A stretch of 64,000 bases of DNA, taken from Halieaceae bacterium. Lineage in GTDB: Bacteria; Pseudomonadota; Gammaproteobacteria; Pseudomonadales; Halieaceae. Position 1 is the first letter of the stretch. Every line of letters starts with the position of its first letter. The notes beneath the pieces are model-generated. The model searched no databases. It was given only the letters and a program-made list of their open reading frames with translations, and had not been told where the DNA came from. Below, in pieces: positions 1 to 8,468 of the stretch. The stretch spans positions 882,120 through 946,119 of the forward strand of contig CAWUFC020000002.1 in assembly GCA_963921335.3 (NCBI GenBank). The letters run 5' to 3'. The translations under genes and the position numbers were made by a program.

Positions 1-524
1 CAGGTCGACCGGGCTCGTTCTGTGCGGGCTTTGAGCTGGCCACTATGACCAGTGGAGATCCCGAAGCCATTGGCGCGCTCTCACTGGCTGGCGCGAAGAT
101 CGTGTACAAGCTTTACAGCACCGGCAAACCTGTGGTGGCTGCCTGCACCGGTCATGCGTTCACCATTGGCGCATTATGGTTACTGGCCTGCGATACCCGC
201 ATTGGAGAAGAAGGTGCCTACAAATTCAGCATGATCGAGACCGCCATGGGCATGGTACTGCCACCCTGGGCAATGGAACCGCTTAAAGCTCGCGTGAATC
301 CCATGCAGTTTGTGCCGGTTGTGACTCAGGCCATCACTATGGATCCCCAGGGTGCCGTAAACGCCGGTTTTCTCGATCGACTGGTTGGCGAGGGCGAAGC
401 GCTGGAAGCCGCTGTAGCACAGGCCAAACAGTTATCGGAACTACCGGCCAAGGCCTACGCCGGCAACAAGCTGGTACCCCGCCAACAGCAGCTGGATATC
501 ATGGCTGCAGACCTTAAGCTGTAA
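1..524 (+). CDS. enoyl-CoA hydratase/isomerase (crotonase) family protein, 5' end outside window
   Basis: The frame is open from the window edge. GRPGSFCAGFELATM and ACTGHAFTIGALWLLACDTRIG resemble the crotonase-fold oxyanion-hole region (recalled family pattern). Stop at 522-524. Confidence 0.7.
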   Translation, partial: GRPGSFCAGFELATMTSGDPEAIGALSLAGAKIVYKLYSTGKPVVAACTGHAFTIGALWLLACDTRIGEEGAYKFSMIETAMGMVLPPWAMEPLKARVNPMQFVPVVTQAITMDPQGAVNAGFLDRLVGEGEALEAAVAQAKQLSELPAKAYAGNKLVPRQQQLDIMAADLKL

Positions 525-551
525 ACACTGAACTTTAAAGGAGACGTCAAC

Positions 552-1073
552 ATGTCTGTTTCACTGTATGACCTTAGCGTGGCTAGCCATCTGCAAACCC
601 TCGGCGGCGTGGCCAATGTTCTGGCCAAGGGCGAGGAGCACGCCGCTGCTGGCCACATGAACCTTGAAGAATTGGTGGCCTACCGTATGCGAGAGGACAT
701 GGCCCCATTCACTTTTCAGGTGATATCCGTCTGGCACCACTCCCTGAATGCCATCAAGGGCCTGAAAGAAGGCGTATTCTCGCCACCACCGTCACTGGGA
801 GAGCTCGACTACCAAGGTTTGAAAGGACTGGTGGCAGAGGCCATTGCAGGCCTTGAAGAAGAGAGCCGCGAGGAGATCGATGCCCTGGTGGACAAGCCTA
901 TGTTGTTCAAGATGAGCAGTTCAGAGATTCCGTTTACCACCACCAACTTCATGACCTCTTTCTCATTGCCCAATTTTTACTTTCACGCCACCACTACCTA
1001 TGCGGTACTGCGCATGCACGGGGTACCCCTGGGAAAAATGGATTATCTGGGGCAGCTGCGTATTGGACAGTAA
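552..1073 (+). CDS. DUF1993 domain-containing protein
   Basis: 173-aa ORF. The C-terminal LPNFYFHATTTYAVLRMHGVPLGKMDYLG matches my memory of the DUF1993 signature. AGGAG lies upstream of the ATG. Confidence 0.65.
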   Translation: MSVSLYDLSVASHLQTLGGVANVLAKGEEHAAAGHMNLEELVAYRMREDMAPFTFQVISVWHHSLNAIKGLKEGVFSPPPSLGELDYQGLKGLVAEAIAGLEEESREEIDALVDKPMLFKMSSSEIPFTTTNFMTSFSLPNFYFHATTTYAVLRMHGVPLGKMDYLGQLRIGQ

Positions 1074-1088
1074 GCGGAGGCGCTGAGC

Positions 1089-1979
1089 ATGAGTATGGAA
1101 CTCTGGACCTCTGCCACACCCAACGGTTGGAAGGTCACCATCATGGTGGAGGAACTGCGAGAGGCTGGCATTGAATTGCCCGAATTCAAGGTAGTTACAG
1201 TGGACCTGTTCAAGCGTGAGCAGTTCTCCGAGGCCTTCACTGCCATCAGCCCCAACCAGAAGATTCCTGCACTAAAAGATGGTGAGCTTACCCTGATGGA
1301 AAGTTGTGCCATTCTGCAATACCTCGGTGAAAAGTACCCCTCTCCCCTCCTGCCCTCCGATGAATCACGCTGGCAAGTACTACAGTGGTTGTTCTGGCAG
1401 GCCGCCGGGGTCGGCCCAACCTTCGGTAACAAACTGGCCTATACCCGGTATATGGATGATGTGCCCGAGGCTCAAAAAAGCCACCCACTGGAGCGCTTTA
1501 ATAACGAGGCGCAGCGTCTGCTGCGGGTGCTGAATCGTCAACTCGAAGGACAGGACTATATCTGCGGGAGCCATCTTACAATTGCGGATATCGCCTGCTA
1601 CCCCTGGATACGCGGCTGGAAGTGGAGCAAGGTGGATATCACCTCCCATGACAACGTCGTCGCCTGGGTGGATCGAGTGCGCGCAAGGCCCGCCGTAGAG
1701 CGAGGGCTCGCCTACGGCATGGCCTGCGACGAAATCGACTCCTGGAGCGAAGAGACCCGTAAGCGCTATGCCAAAGGTGGCGGCTCAATCGCCTCTAACG
1801 CGAGCATCGCCGCGGACGAGCAGAATTCCTTTTCTCGGCTAAAAATATCAGCTGAACAGAAAATCGTCTGCGTCCAGAGAGCTCGCCGTGCGCCAGACCA
1901 CGAACAGTTCATCATCTCCAAAATCGATGACGACACCCCGGTCCTGATCGACAAGGGTCAGTTCCCCAAAACCGCTTAG
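1089..1979 (+). CDS. glutathione S-transferase, Nu-class (YfcG/YghU-like) with extended C-terminal tail
   Basis: TPNGWKVTIMVEELREAG...ISPNQKIPAL...ESCAILQYLGEKY is typical of the YfcG/YghU GST N-domain. The last ~44 codons overlap the convergent adhesin gene. Confidence 0.8.
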   Translation: MSMELWTSATPNGWKVTIMVEELREAGIELPEFKVVTVDLFKREQFSEAFTAISPNQKIPALKDGELTLMESCAILQYLGEKYPSPLLPSDESRWQVLQWLFWQAAGVGPTFGNKLAYTRYMDDVPEAQKSHPLERFNNEAQRLLRVLNRQLEGQDYICGSHLTIADIACYPWIRGWKWSKVDITSHDNVVAWVDRVRARPAVERGLAYGMACDEIDSWSEETRKRYAKGGGSIASNASIAADEQNSFSRLKISAEQKIVCVQRARRAPDHEQFIISKIDDDTPVLIDKGQFPKTA

Positions 1980-4900
1980 CCCGAATGCACTGACATCAAT
2001 AAGCTCGTAGTCCGGCAGAAAATCCAGGATGGTGTCCTGGCCCCAACCGGGCGCAAACACAAAGGTATCGACACCCCGACCACCGGCGAGATAGTCAATG
2101 CCCGCTCCGCCAGCAAGAATATCGTTGCCAGACTCGCCAAATAGATGATCGCTGTAGAGGTTACCGGTAAGTGTGTCATTGCCGGCGCCGCCATAGAGTT
2201 CCGTCAGATCCAGCGCCGCACTGCTCAGGTTGTTATTGCCATCGTCTCCTAACCGGGGTTCTGCTATTTCTCCCAGATCCACCAGTATCTCGCCTGTCTC
2301 CAGGTCGGTTGATATCTCGACGCCATCGAATTGCAGGCTGCGGGACACGAAACCTGCCGAGCCTGGAATGGTGTAAAGACTGTCAATCTCCAAATCTTCC
2401 CAGTCGAGACGGCGATCGCCGTTACGGTCGCCAAGGTGGAAGGCGCTGAGGTCGATAATATCCTCGGCACCAAAGGTCCCAATTTCCAGGGAGGTCACGT
2501 CAGTTTCAATGCGAAAAATATCGACGCCTGGCCCGGCATCGGCACTCGCCTGATCCGCATCGATAAAGTGCACCCTGCCAGCAAACCCGCGATCAATATC
2601 AATGCCGTTCTGGCTGGGGGTTTCAAAATCTTCGAAAGATTCAAAGCTCAGATCGTATTGATCTTCAACCAGGGGAATATTGTGGCGAGTGATTTCAAGG
2701 CTACCCGTATACAGCGGTGGTGCATCGCTGGTGCCGGCAAAACCACCCAGGTCGGCTAGCGGGCCAAGCCAGGTGGTGTGCGTGTCGACAAATTCCATAT
2801 CGACCTGGGGCACGACATCCAGCCCCACATCAACATCCAGCACCGCCTCGGGCTGCACAATCACGTTATAGCCAATAACTCCGTCGCCATTGCTGTCGTG
2901 CTGGCTGGCGTTGGCTATCTGCACACCCACATCCGGATCGAAGGTATATTCGTGGCCGTCCTCCATGACCAGCACCGCGTCAAACGCGCCAAAATTCAGG
3001 CTGACGTCTTCCACTACGTCAAAGTCTGCACCGATGTCGTAGTCCATGAGCTCCAGATAGAACTGCACCTGGGCAATAAAGGGCAGACCGAGCGAGGTAG
3101 TGAACTCAAACGGGTTGATATCAGGCAGGCCAGGCGGCAGGCTGAGACCAACGGCTGCCAATCCGATTTTGGATACCAGGGCATCCATATCCAGCCCGAC
3201 ATAAGCGGCCTCTTCAATTAGCTTGCCACGGCGACCTGTGCTCTCTTCCAGGCGGGGCACATCAAAGCGGAAACCATCTGGCCAATCCAGATCAAACTCC
3301 AGAAATGACACATTCACTTCAGCGCCGTTATTGCCACGCAGGGCCTGAGTCAGGTCTGTGGCGTCGTAACTCTCGTCGCCGAGATCAATAGACAGGGGTA
3401 CACCATAGTAAACGATCGCCTCGGGCACGTCGGTGTTGTATTCAATTAGTGGGAACCGTCCGTCCTCATCAGCCCGACCGATTGCAGTCAGATCCGCACT
3501 GTCGAACTCCAGCGACTCACTGAATAATTCGACGGGCGTGTGGTACACATCCGGGCCAAAGTTATCCCAGCCGGCATCGAAACCCTGGTAATTCAGCGTT
3601 GCACTGGTGGAGAGATCCCAGTAACTGCCCAATCCAACCTGCAGATCTGGGAACTGGGTATCCACATAGCTACCCGTGTTAGTAATATCCAGCGCACCCA
3701 CTGACAGTCGGTCACTCACCGGGTTGTAGGAGACTTCTGCGTCGGACTGATATTGAAGGTGGGTCAGGATCTGGCCGCCAGTAAAATCCGCATAAACCGA
3801 CAGGGAGGTCTCCAGATCGATATGGCCTTCAGCATAAAAACGGTGCGCATTGGCCCAGCGATTGCCTTCAGCATCAAACTGCACAGCTGCACCGAGGTCG
3901 ATAAAGCCTGTGTCGAAGACCGTGCCGCTCTCATTGATATCAAGCAGATCAACAACCAGCTCATTCTCGGAGTTCAATAGGTCTATTGCAGCCTCCAGTG
4001 CGTGCTCAGCGAAATACTGGGTGCTGGAGAACTGCAGCCCGACGGATTCCGCGCTTGATCGCTCCACGCCACCGGCACGAATATTGGTGGCGATCACTTC
4101 CAGATCGAAGTCTTCCGAAGCACCCTCTGTAAACCGAACGGTGAACGTTTCGTCACCGCTAAAGTCCGTCACGCCATCATTCACAGACTGGCCACTGCTG
4201 TTAAGAATAGTCACGGAGTGAGGCAGATTGTTGAATGCCAGCGCAATGGAGTCGCTGGCATTATCCGTGTTGGCGGTAATGCGCAAGTCCAGCAATTCCA
4301 CGCTACCGCCATCCGATATAGCGAGACTCAGATCAGGCGCATCCAGGTCACCCACTATGGTGACGTCAATCAATTGCAGGTTACTGCCACCTGCCAGGTC
4401 ATCAAAATAAGCGGCATAGCGAATGGTTTCGGTTTCGTCCGGGCCCAGCCCGGCATAAGCAGTGAGATCAATAGATGCGGCCATATCGCCGGGCGTGACT
4501 GCAGGAGTTGAGCCATCGCTGGAAGATACCAAGTCGAGGCGATCCAACTGCAACAGCTCAGTCTCACCACGGTCTGGATCGATAATGGATCCCACCAGAC
4601 TAAAGTTAACCGGATCTGCACTGTAGCCAACCGCCACCTGGAAAGGCTCGGTTGCACCGGCGACATTGTTAACGCCGGTGATTTCGACCTCTGCGACCTG
4701 TTCCACCAGGCCACCAACACCGTCACTGATCTGGAAGTCGAAAGCCAGGTCCTGCACTTCGCCTTCGGGCAGGTAGGCAAAACCATTGCCCTCAATCACC
4801 AGCTCGGTGCCATCCAGATACCAGCCTTCGTTAATATCACTGCGCTCAGCCAGGCCGACCACCGACAAGGTGTCAGCGACATCCGCATCTGAAGCGCCCT

Positions 4901-6044
4901 GTAACAGATCAATCCGAATGTCGGTGCTGCTGTCATCAATAGCTTCAATGATTGGGCCAGTCACCACGGGCACATCGTTGGCACCGGGGATTTCGATGTC
5001 GACCTCGCGCTCTACACCGGCGCCCAGATCTACCAGCAGGGACAGGGTTTCACTTTCACCTGCAGAAATATGGGCAAACTCCTCTGGATCCACAGTGATG
5101 GTGTTAGCAGCGTCATCAAAACTCCAGCCCGCCACATAGACACCGTCGGAGGTTCTAGCGCCGACCGCATCGGGCGTAGAATCAATGTCGGTAACACCTT
5201 GCACCACATCGAGCACAAAGTTCGTGCCCAGGTCATCGACTGTGACTTCGATTGGGGCCGCTTCAGAGGGGTCGTCCACCCCAAATAAGCGAATAAAGCG
5301 CCAGCCATCAATGGTGCCACCGTTGCCATCGCCGGCAGTAAATCGCAGTTCGATGGTTTCGAACTCACCCGGCCCAATGCTATCCCACTGCGCCAGACCT
5401 GGATCAAAGGTAAGGGTACTACCGTCGACAGACCAACCACCGTGGCCACCCACATCGGTGATGTCACTGATTACCCGCAGCACATCGCTCTGGTCCGGGT
5501 CGACACCATTCTCCACCAGGTCAATGGTAATGGGGGCGTCACCCTCAGACACATCAGTGGAACCACCGGGAGCGCCGGTCGGCGCGTCATTTACACCCAC
5601 TATCACAAGGTTTGCGGTATGGCTCAGCGTAGCGTCGTACTGATCGGTGACATCGAAGCTCAGGGTCAGCGCTTCCTCTTCCCCTGCAGACAAATACTTA
5701 AACGTGCTGCGGGGCATTTCTATACCCTCAATACGGGTTAACCAGTCAGTAGTACTCACGGGATCAAAGCCCGAGATCACCTCACCAGTCCTGGTTACCG
5801 TGGCGACAATGTTCTCTATCGTGATGTCGGCATCATCATCGGGGTCGGTGATGAAGTTGGGTGTTATAGGTAAATAGGTAAACGCCGCACCCTCGTAAAC
5901 CCTGAAGCTCAGTGTTCCGGGCTGATTCAAATCGGGCGCGGAATTAGTGCCGGTGAATGTCACCGACGCAGTCTGCGGATAAGAGCCACCCCCCACCATC
6001 CCAGATGTTGTAGGAGAAGTTGTAGGTGACTTCTTCACCATCAT
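1848..6044 (-). CDS. giant RTX/cadherin-like repeat adhesin, C-terminal segment (T1SS substrate)
   Basis: 1398-aa ORF. It has ~100-aa repeat modules ending in GVNDAP/GANDVP. The C-terminal nonapeptide RTX repeats are GGAGNDTLTG..GESGNDILAGGAGIDYLAGGRGVDTFVF, followed by an acidic tail ending DADDFLFS. The true 5' end continues in another frame (see findings). Confidence 0.8.
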   Translation of the reverse strand: MMVKKSPTTSPTTSGMVGGGSYPQTASVTFTGTNSAPDLNQPGTLSFRVYEGAAFTYLPITPNFITDPDDDADITIENIVATVTRTGEVISGFDPVSTTDWLTRIEGIEMPRSTFKYLSAGEEEALTLSFDVTDQYDATLSHTANLVIVGVNDAPTGAPGGSTDVSEGDAPITIDLVENGVDPDQSDVLRVISDITDVGGHGGWSVDGSTLTFDPGLAQWDSIGPGEFETIELRFTAGDGNGGTIDGWRFIRLFGVDDPSEAAPIEVTVDDLGTNFVLDVVQGVTDIDSTPDAVGARTSDGVYVAGWSFDDAANTITVDPEEFAHISAGESETLSLLVDLGAGVEREVDIEIPGANDVPVVTGPIIEAIDDSSTDIRIDLLQGASDADVADTLSVVGLAERSDINEGWYLDGTELVIEGNGFAYLPEGEVQDLAFDFQISDGVGGLVEQVAEVEITGVNNVAGATEPFQVAVGYSADPVNFSLVGSIIDPDRGETELLQLDRLDLVSSSDGSTPAVTPGDMAASIDLTAYAGLGPDETETIRYAAYFDDLAGGSNLQLIDVTIVGDLDAPDLSLAISDGGSVELLDLRITANTDNASDSIALAFNNLPHSVTILNSSGQSVNDGVTDFSGDETFTVRFTEGASEDFDLEVIATNIRAGGVERSSAESVGLQFSSTQYFAEHALEAAIDLLNSENELVVDLLDINESGTVFDTGFIDLGAAVQFDAEGNRWANAHRFYAEGHIDLETSLSVYADFTGGQILTHLQYQSDAEVSYNPVSDRLSVGALDITNTGSYVDTQFPDLQVGLGSYWDLSTSATLNYQGFDAGWDNFGPDVYHTPVELFSESLEFDSADLTAIGRADEDGRFPLIEYNTDVPEAIVYYGVPLSIDLGDESYDATDLTQALRGNNGAEVNVSFLEFDLDWPDGFRFDVPRLEESTGRRGKLIEEAAYVGLDMDALVSKIGLAAVGLSLPPGLPDINPFEFTTSLGLPFIAQVQFYLELMDYDIGADFDVVEDVSLNFGAFDAVLVMEDGHEYTFDPDVGVQIANASQHDSNGDGVIGYNVIVQPEAVLDVDVGLDVVPQVDMEFVDTHTTWLGPLADLGGFAGTSDAPPLYTGSLEITRHNIPLVEDQYDLSFESFEDFETPSQNGIDIDRGFAGRVHFIDADQASADAGPGVDIFRIETDVTSLEIGTFGAEDIIDLSAFHLGDRNGDRRLDWEDLEIDSLYTIPGSAGFVSRSLQFDGVEISTDLETGEILVDLGEIAEPRLGDDGNNNLSSAALDLTELYGGAGNDTLTGNLYSDHLFGESGNDILAGGAGIDYLAGGRGVDTFVFAPGWGQDTILDFLPDYELIDVSAFGLSGFGELTLVDQDRGVVIDFGDDELFVVWRTASSLDADDFLFS

Positions 6045-7500
6045 TGAATGTGGCCTGAGTCGATGCCGGAATGGTCACGGTGTTGCCATCCAGCGTCCAG
6101 CCGGTCAGACCACCAGCCTCCGTCACACTTGAGGCTCTGATAAGAGCGCCGTCATCGACATCGGTGACACCCGCCACCAGATCGATTTCGAAGTCAGTGC
6201 CACTCTCGGTTTCAGCCAGCGTCTGGGGTACCGGAATCACCGGTGCAGTATTCACCCCATATACCTGCAAAAGCTTGGTGACGTTGATGCTGCTGCCCTG
6301 GGAGTCCTGAACCTGGTATTCAAACTGGTAGGTATCACGCACACCAAAGGGCATGGACGCTTTCGCTGCTAGATCAATCTCGATATCGGTACCGGACTGA
6401 ATCCAGTCAGTGAGACCGTTCGCTTCAGTGAGACCCACGATTTGCAACACTTCTCCCGTATCGGGATCCTCAATGCCTTCCAGCAGATCCAGGGAGTAGG
6501 TACCGCTGCCCTCCGCTACCTGTGGAAAGGGACCGGTGTAGCTCTGTTTGGGCACATCGTTCAGGCCATCTATGGTAACCACTGCAGTTAGCGGTGTATT
6601 GCCCCCAGCACCATCCATGGCAAAGTAGCTAAAGTTAAGCACCTGCTGTTGCCCGGCGATCAGTTGCTGCCAATAGTCAGCATCGATGAGCAGCTTATTG
6701 CCCGACAGGCTCCAACCATCATTCTGCGCGGCGTCTTCACCGAGACCGCCCACAGACAGGGTACCGCCTTCAGGATCTGACGAGTTCGCCAACAGGTCGA
6801 TTTCCACATCACTGTCGGGTTCGTCGATTGTCAGGTTGAGAGGCTCCCCCACCACCGGCTCGGAATTACTGCCCAGAATGTTGACGGTGGCTGTGCGACT
6901 AAGGCTGCCGCCCTGCCCATCTTCTACCTGATAACTGAAAGTCAGCACCTCGGTTTGACCGGAGGTCAGGGATGCGAATTGTGACAGGTACAATTCCAGG
7001 CTATTCCCCGACTGCCCGAAGCTAATATCGGGCTGACCACTACTGAGCGACAACCCTGTTACAGTGAGTGCATCACCTTCCGCGTCGTTGACACCACCGG
7101 TCAAATCGAGACTGTAAGTGGTGACATCTTCAAACCAGCTTTGCGTCAGGCCAGATCCGCCATCGGTCGGCGCGTCATTGACACCGGTCAGAGTCACCGC
7201 CAGGGTCTGGTCAACAGCAAGGCCAGAGCCATCCCTAATTTGATAGGTAAAACTCAGTAAATGTTGCTCAGCTTCCGCCAGATGCTGCCAGGCATCTGCT
7301 TCAATAACCAGCTCAGTGCCCTCAAGACGCCAGCCTGTAGTATCTCCAGCTTCCTCCAGGCCAATCACCGTTAAAGTGATACTCTCCGCGTCGTCAGCAC
7401 CTGCCAGCAAATCGATGCGATAGTCAGTATCGGATTCCGTCCAGGCATCTGCTAAAGGCGCTGTGACCGCCGGCGCAGTATTGTGGCCACCAATCCACAT
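5944..7500 (-). CDS. giant repeat adhesin, internal segment
   Basis: 518-aa ORF made of the same modules (..LTGVNDAPT.., ..ILGSNSEPVV.., ..IDGLNDVPK.., ..VYGVNTAPV..). It is in frame with ORF 7570..8409 across a TAG codon. Its last ~13 codons are out-of-frame read-on after the poly-G tract. Confidence 0.75.
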   Translation of the reverse strand: MWIGGHNTAPAVTAPLADAWTESDTDYRIDLLAGADDAESITLTVIGLEEAGDTTGWRLEGTELVIEADAWQHLAEAEQHLLSFTYQIRDGSGLAVDQTLAVTLTGVNDAPTDGGSGLTQSWFEDVTTYSLDLTGGVNDAEGDALTVTGLSLSSGQPDISFGQSGNSLELYLSQFASLTSGQTEVLTFSYQVEDGQGGSLSRTATVNILGSNSEPVVGEPLNLTIDEPDSDVEIDLLANSSDPEGGTLSVGGLGEDAAQNDGWSLSGNKLLIDADYWQQLIAGQQQVLNFSYFAMDGAGGNTPLTAVVTIDGLNDVPKQSYTGPFPQVAEGSGTYSLDLLEGIEDPDTGEVLQIVGLTEANGLTDWIQSGTDIEIDLAAKASMPFGVRDTYQFEYQVQDSQGSSINVTKLLQVYGVNTAPVIPVPQTLAETESGTDFEIDLVAGVTDVDDGALIRASSVTEAGGLTGWTLDGNTVTIPASTQATFNDGEEVTYNFSYNIWDGGGWLLSADCVGDIHRH

Positions 7501-7569
7501 GCCCAGCAGGAATGAGTTTACCCCACCGCGTCCGTCATCTACCGAAAAGCCAAACTGAAAAGTCTCGGA

Positions 7570-8409
7570 CTACCCCTCGACCATATAGGCGAGCGTCGAC
7601 ATATCCAGGGTGACTTCGCTGCCATCGAAGGTCCAACCGGTCTTGCCCGAGGTTTCATACACCCCGGATACCGTCAGCGGATCACCATTGCGATCAGTTA
7701 TGCCGTGAAGCAGATCGAGCACGGCGTCGCCATCGGCCTCGTCGTAGACCAGGTTACCGCTGCTAAAGCTTCTGTCAGGCAGATAGTTCTCGCCTTCCAC
7801 AGACAGATTGACTGCCAGGGTCAGAGCATCGCCGCGATCATCCACCACATTGAAGTGAATCAGGGAATCAGCGCTCTGGTTATAGCGCAGTGACTGGTAG
7901 CTGGGCAGGGTGGCATCAACAATGATGTAGGCGGGATTGAGGGGGTCCACCTGCCAGTTGGCATCACCACTGATCAGATTGGCGCTGGTCACGCTAAGGA
8001 TGCCGTTGGCATCGGGGTCGCTGACATAGTCCAGCGCATTAATGCGCTGAACACCGACTGCCGGCACTTCGATATTGATCGGATTTGCCGCCGCCTCTGG
8101 GCCGTCATTCACCCCGGTGATTGTGACAAAGGCTGTCTGGGGAGTGGGTCCACTGTAACCATCCCTAACCCCGTAACTGAATTCGAGGGTCTGGCTTTCC
8201 CCCTCGGATAGAAACTGCCAGGCCTCGCTGTCGAGCACAATCACATCATTGAGACCATCGCGATCGACGTGCCAGCCACCCGCGCCGGTATTTTCGATGA
8301 CCTCCCATTCCCTGATGTAGGGTGTTTGTCCGTCATCTACACCGCTGGAATAGGAAGCGACATCAACCACAATATCGCTATCGCTCTCCTGCACATCGAT
8401 ATACAGCAC
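7570..8409 (-). CDS. giant repeat adhesin, internal segment
   Basis: 279-aa ORF with the same module pattern (FSYGVRDGYSGPTPQTAFVTITGVNDGPE). The frame stays open and repeat-like upstream to ~8484. It ends at an in-frame TAG. Confidence 0.75.
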   Translation of the reverse strand: MLYIDVQESDSDIVVDVASYSSGVDDGQTPYIREWEVIENTGAGGWHVDRDGLNDVIVLDSEAWQFLSEGESQTLEFSYGVRDGYSGPTPQTAFVTITGVNDGPEAAANPINIEVPAVGVQRINALDYVSDPDANGILSVTSANLISGDANWQVDPLNPAYIIVDATLPSYQSLRYNQSADSLIHFNVVDDRGDALTLAVNLSVEGENYLPDRSFSSGNLVYDEADGDAVLDLLHGITDRNGDPLTVSGVYETSGKTGWTFDGSEVTLDMSTLAYMVEG

Positions 8410-8468
8410 TGGTTCTACGTCCGGCGGATCGTTTTCGCCATAAACACGCAGTGTGGCTTCACGATCCT

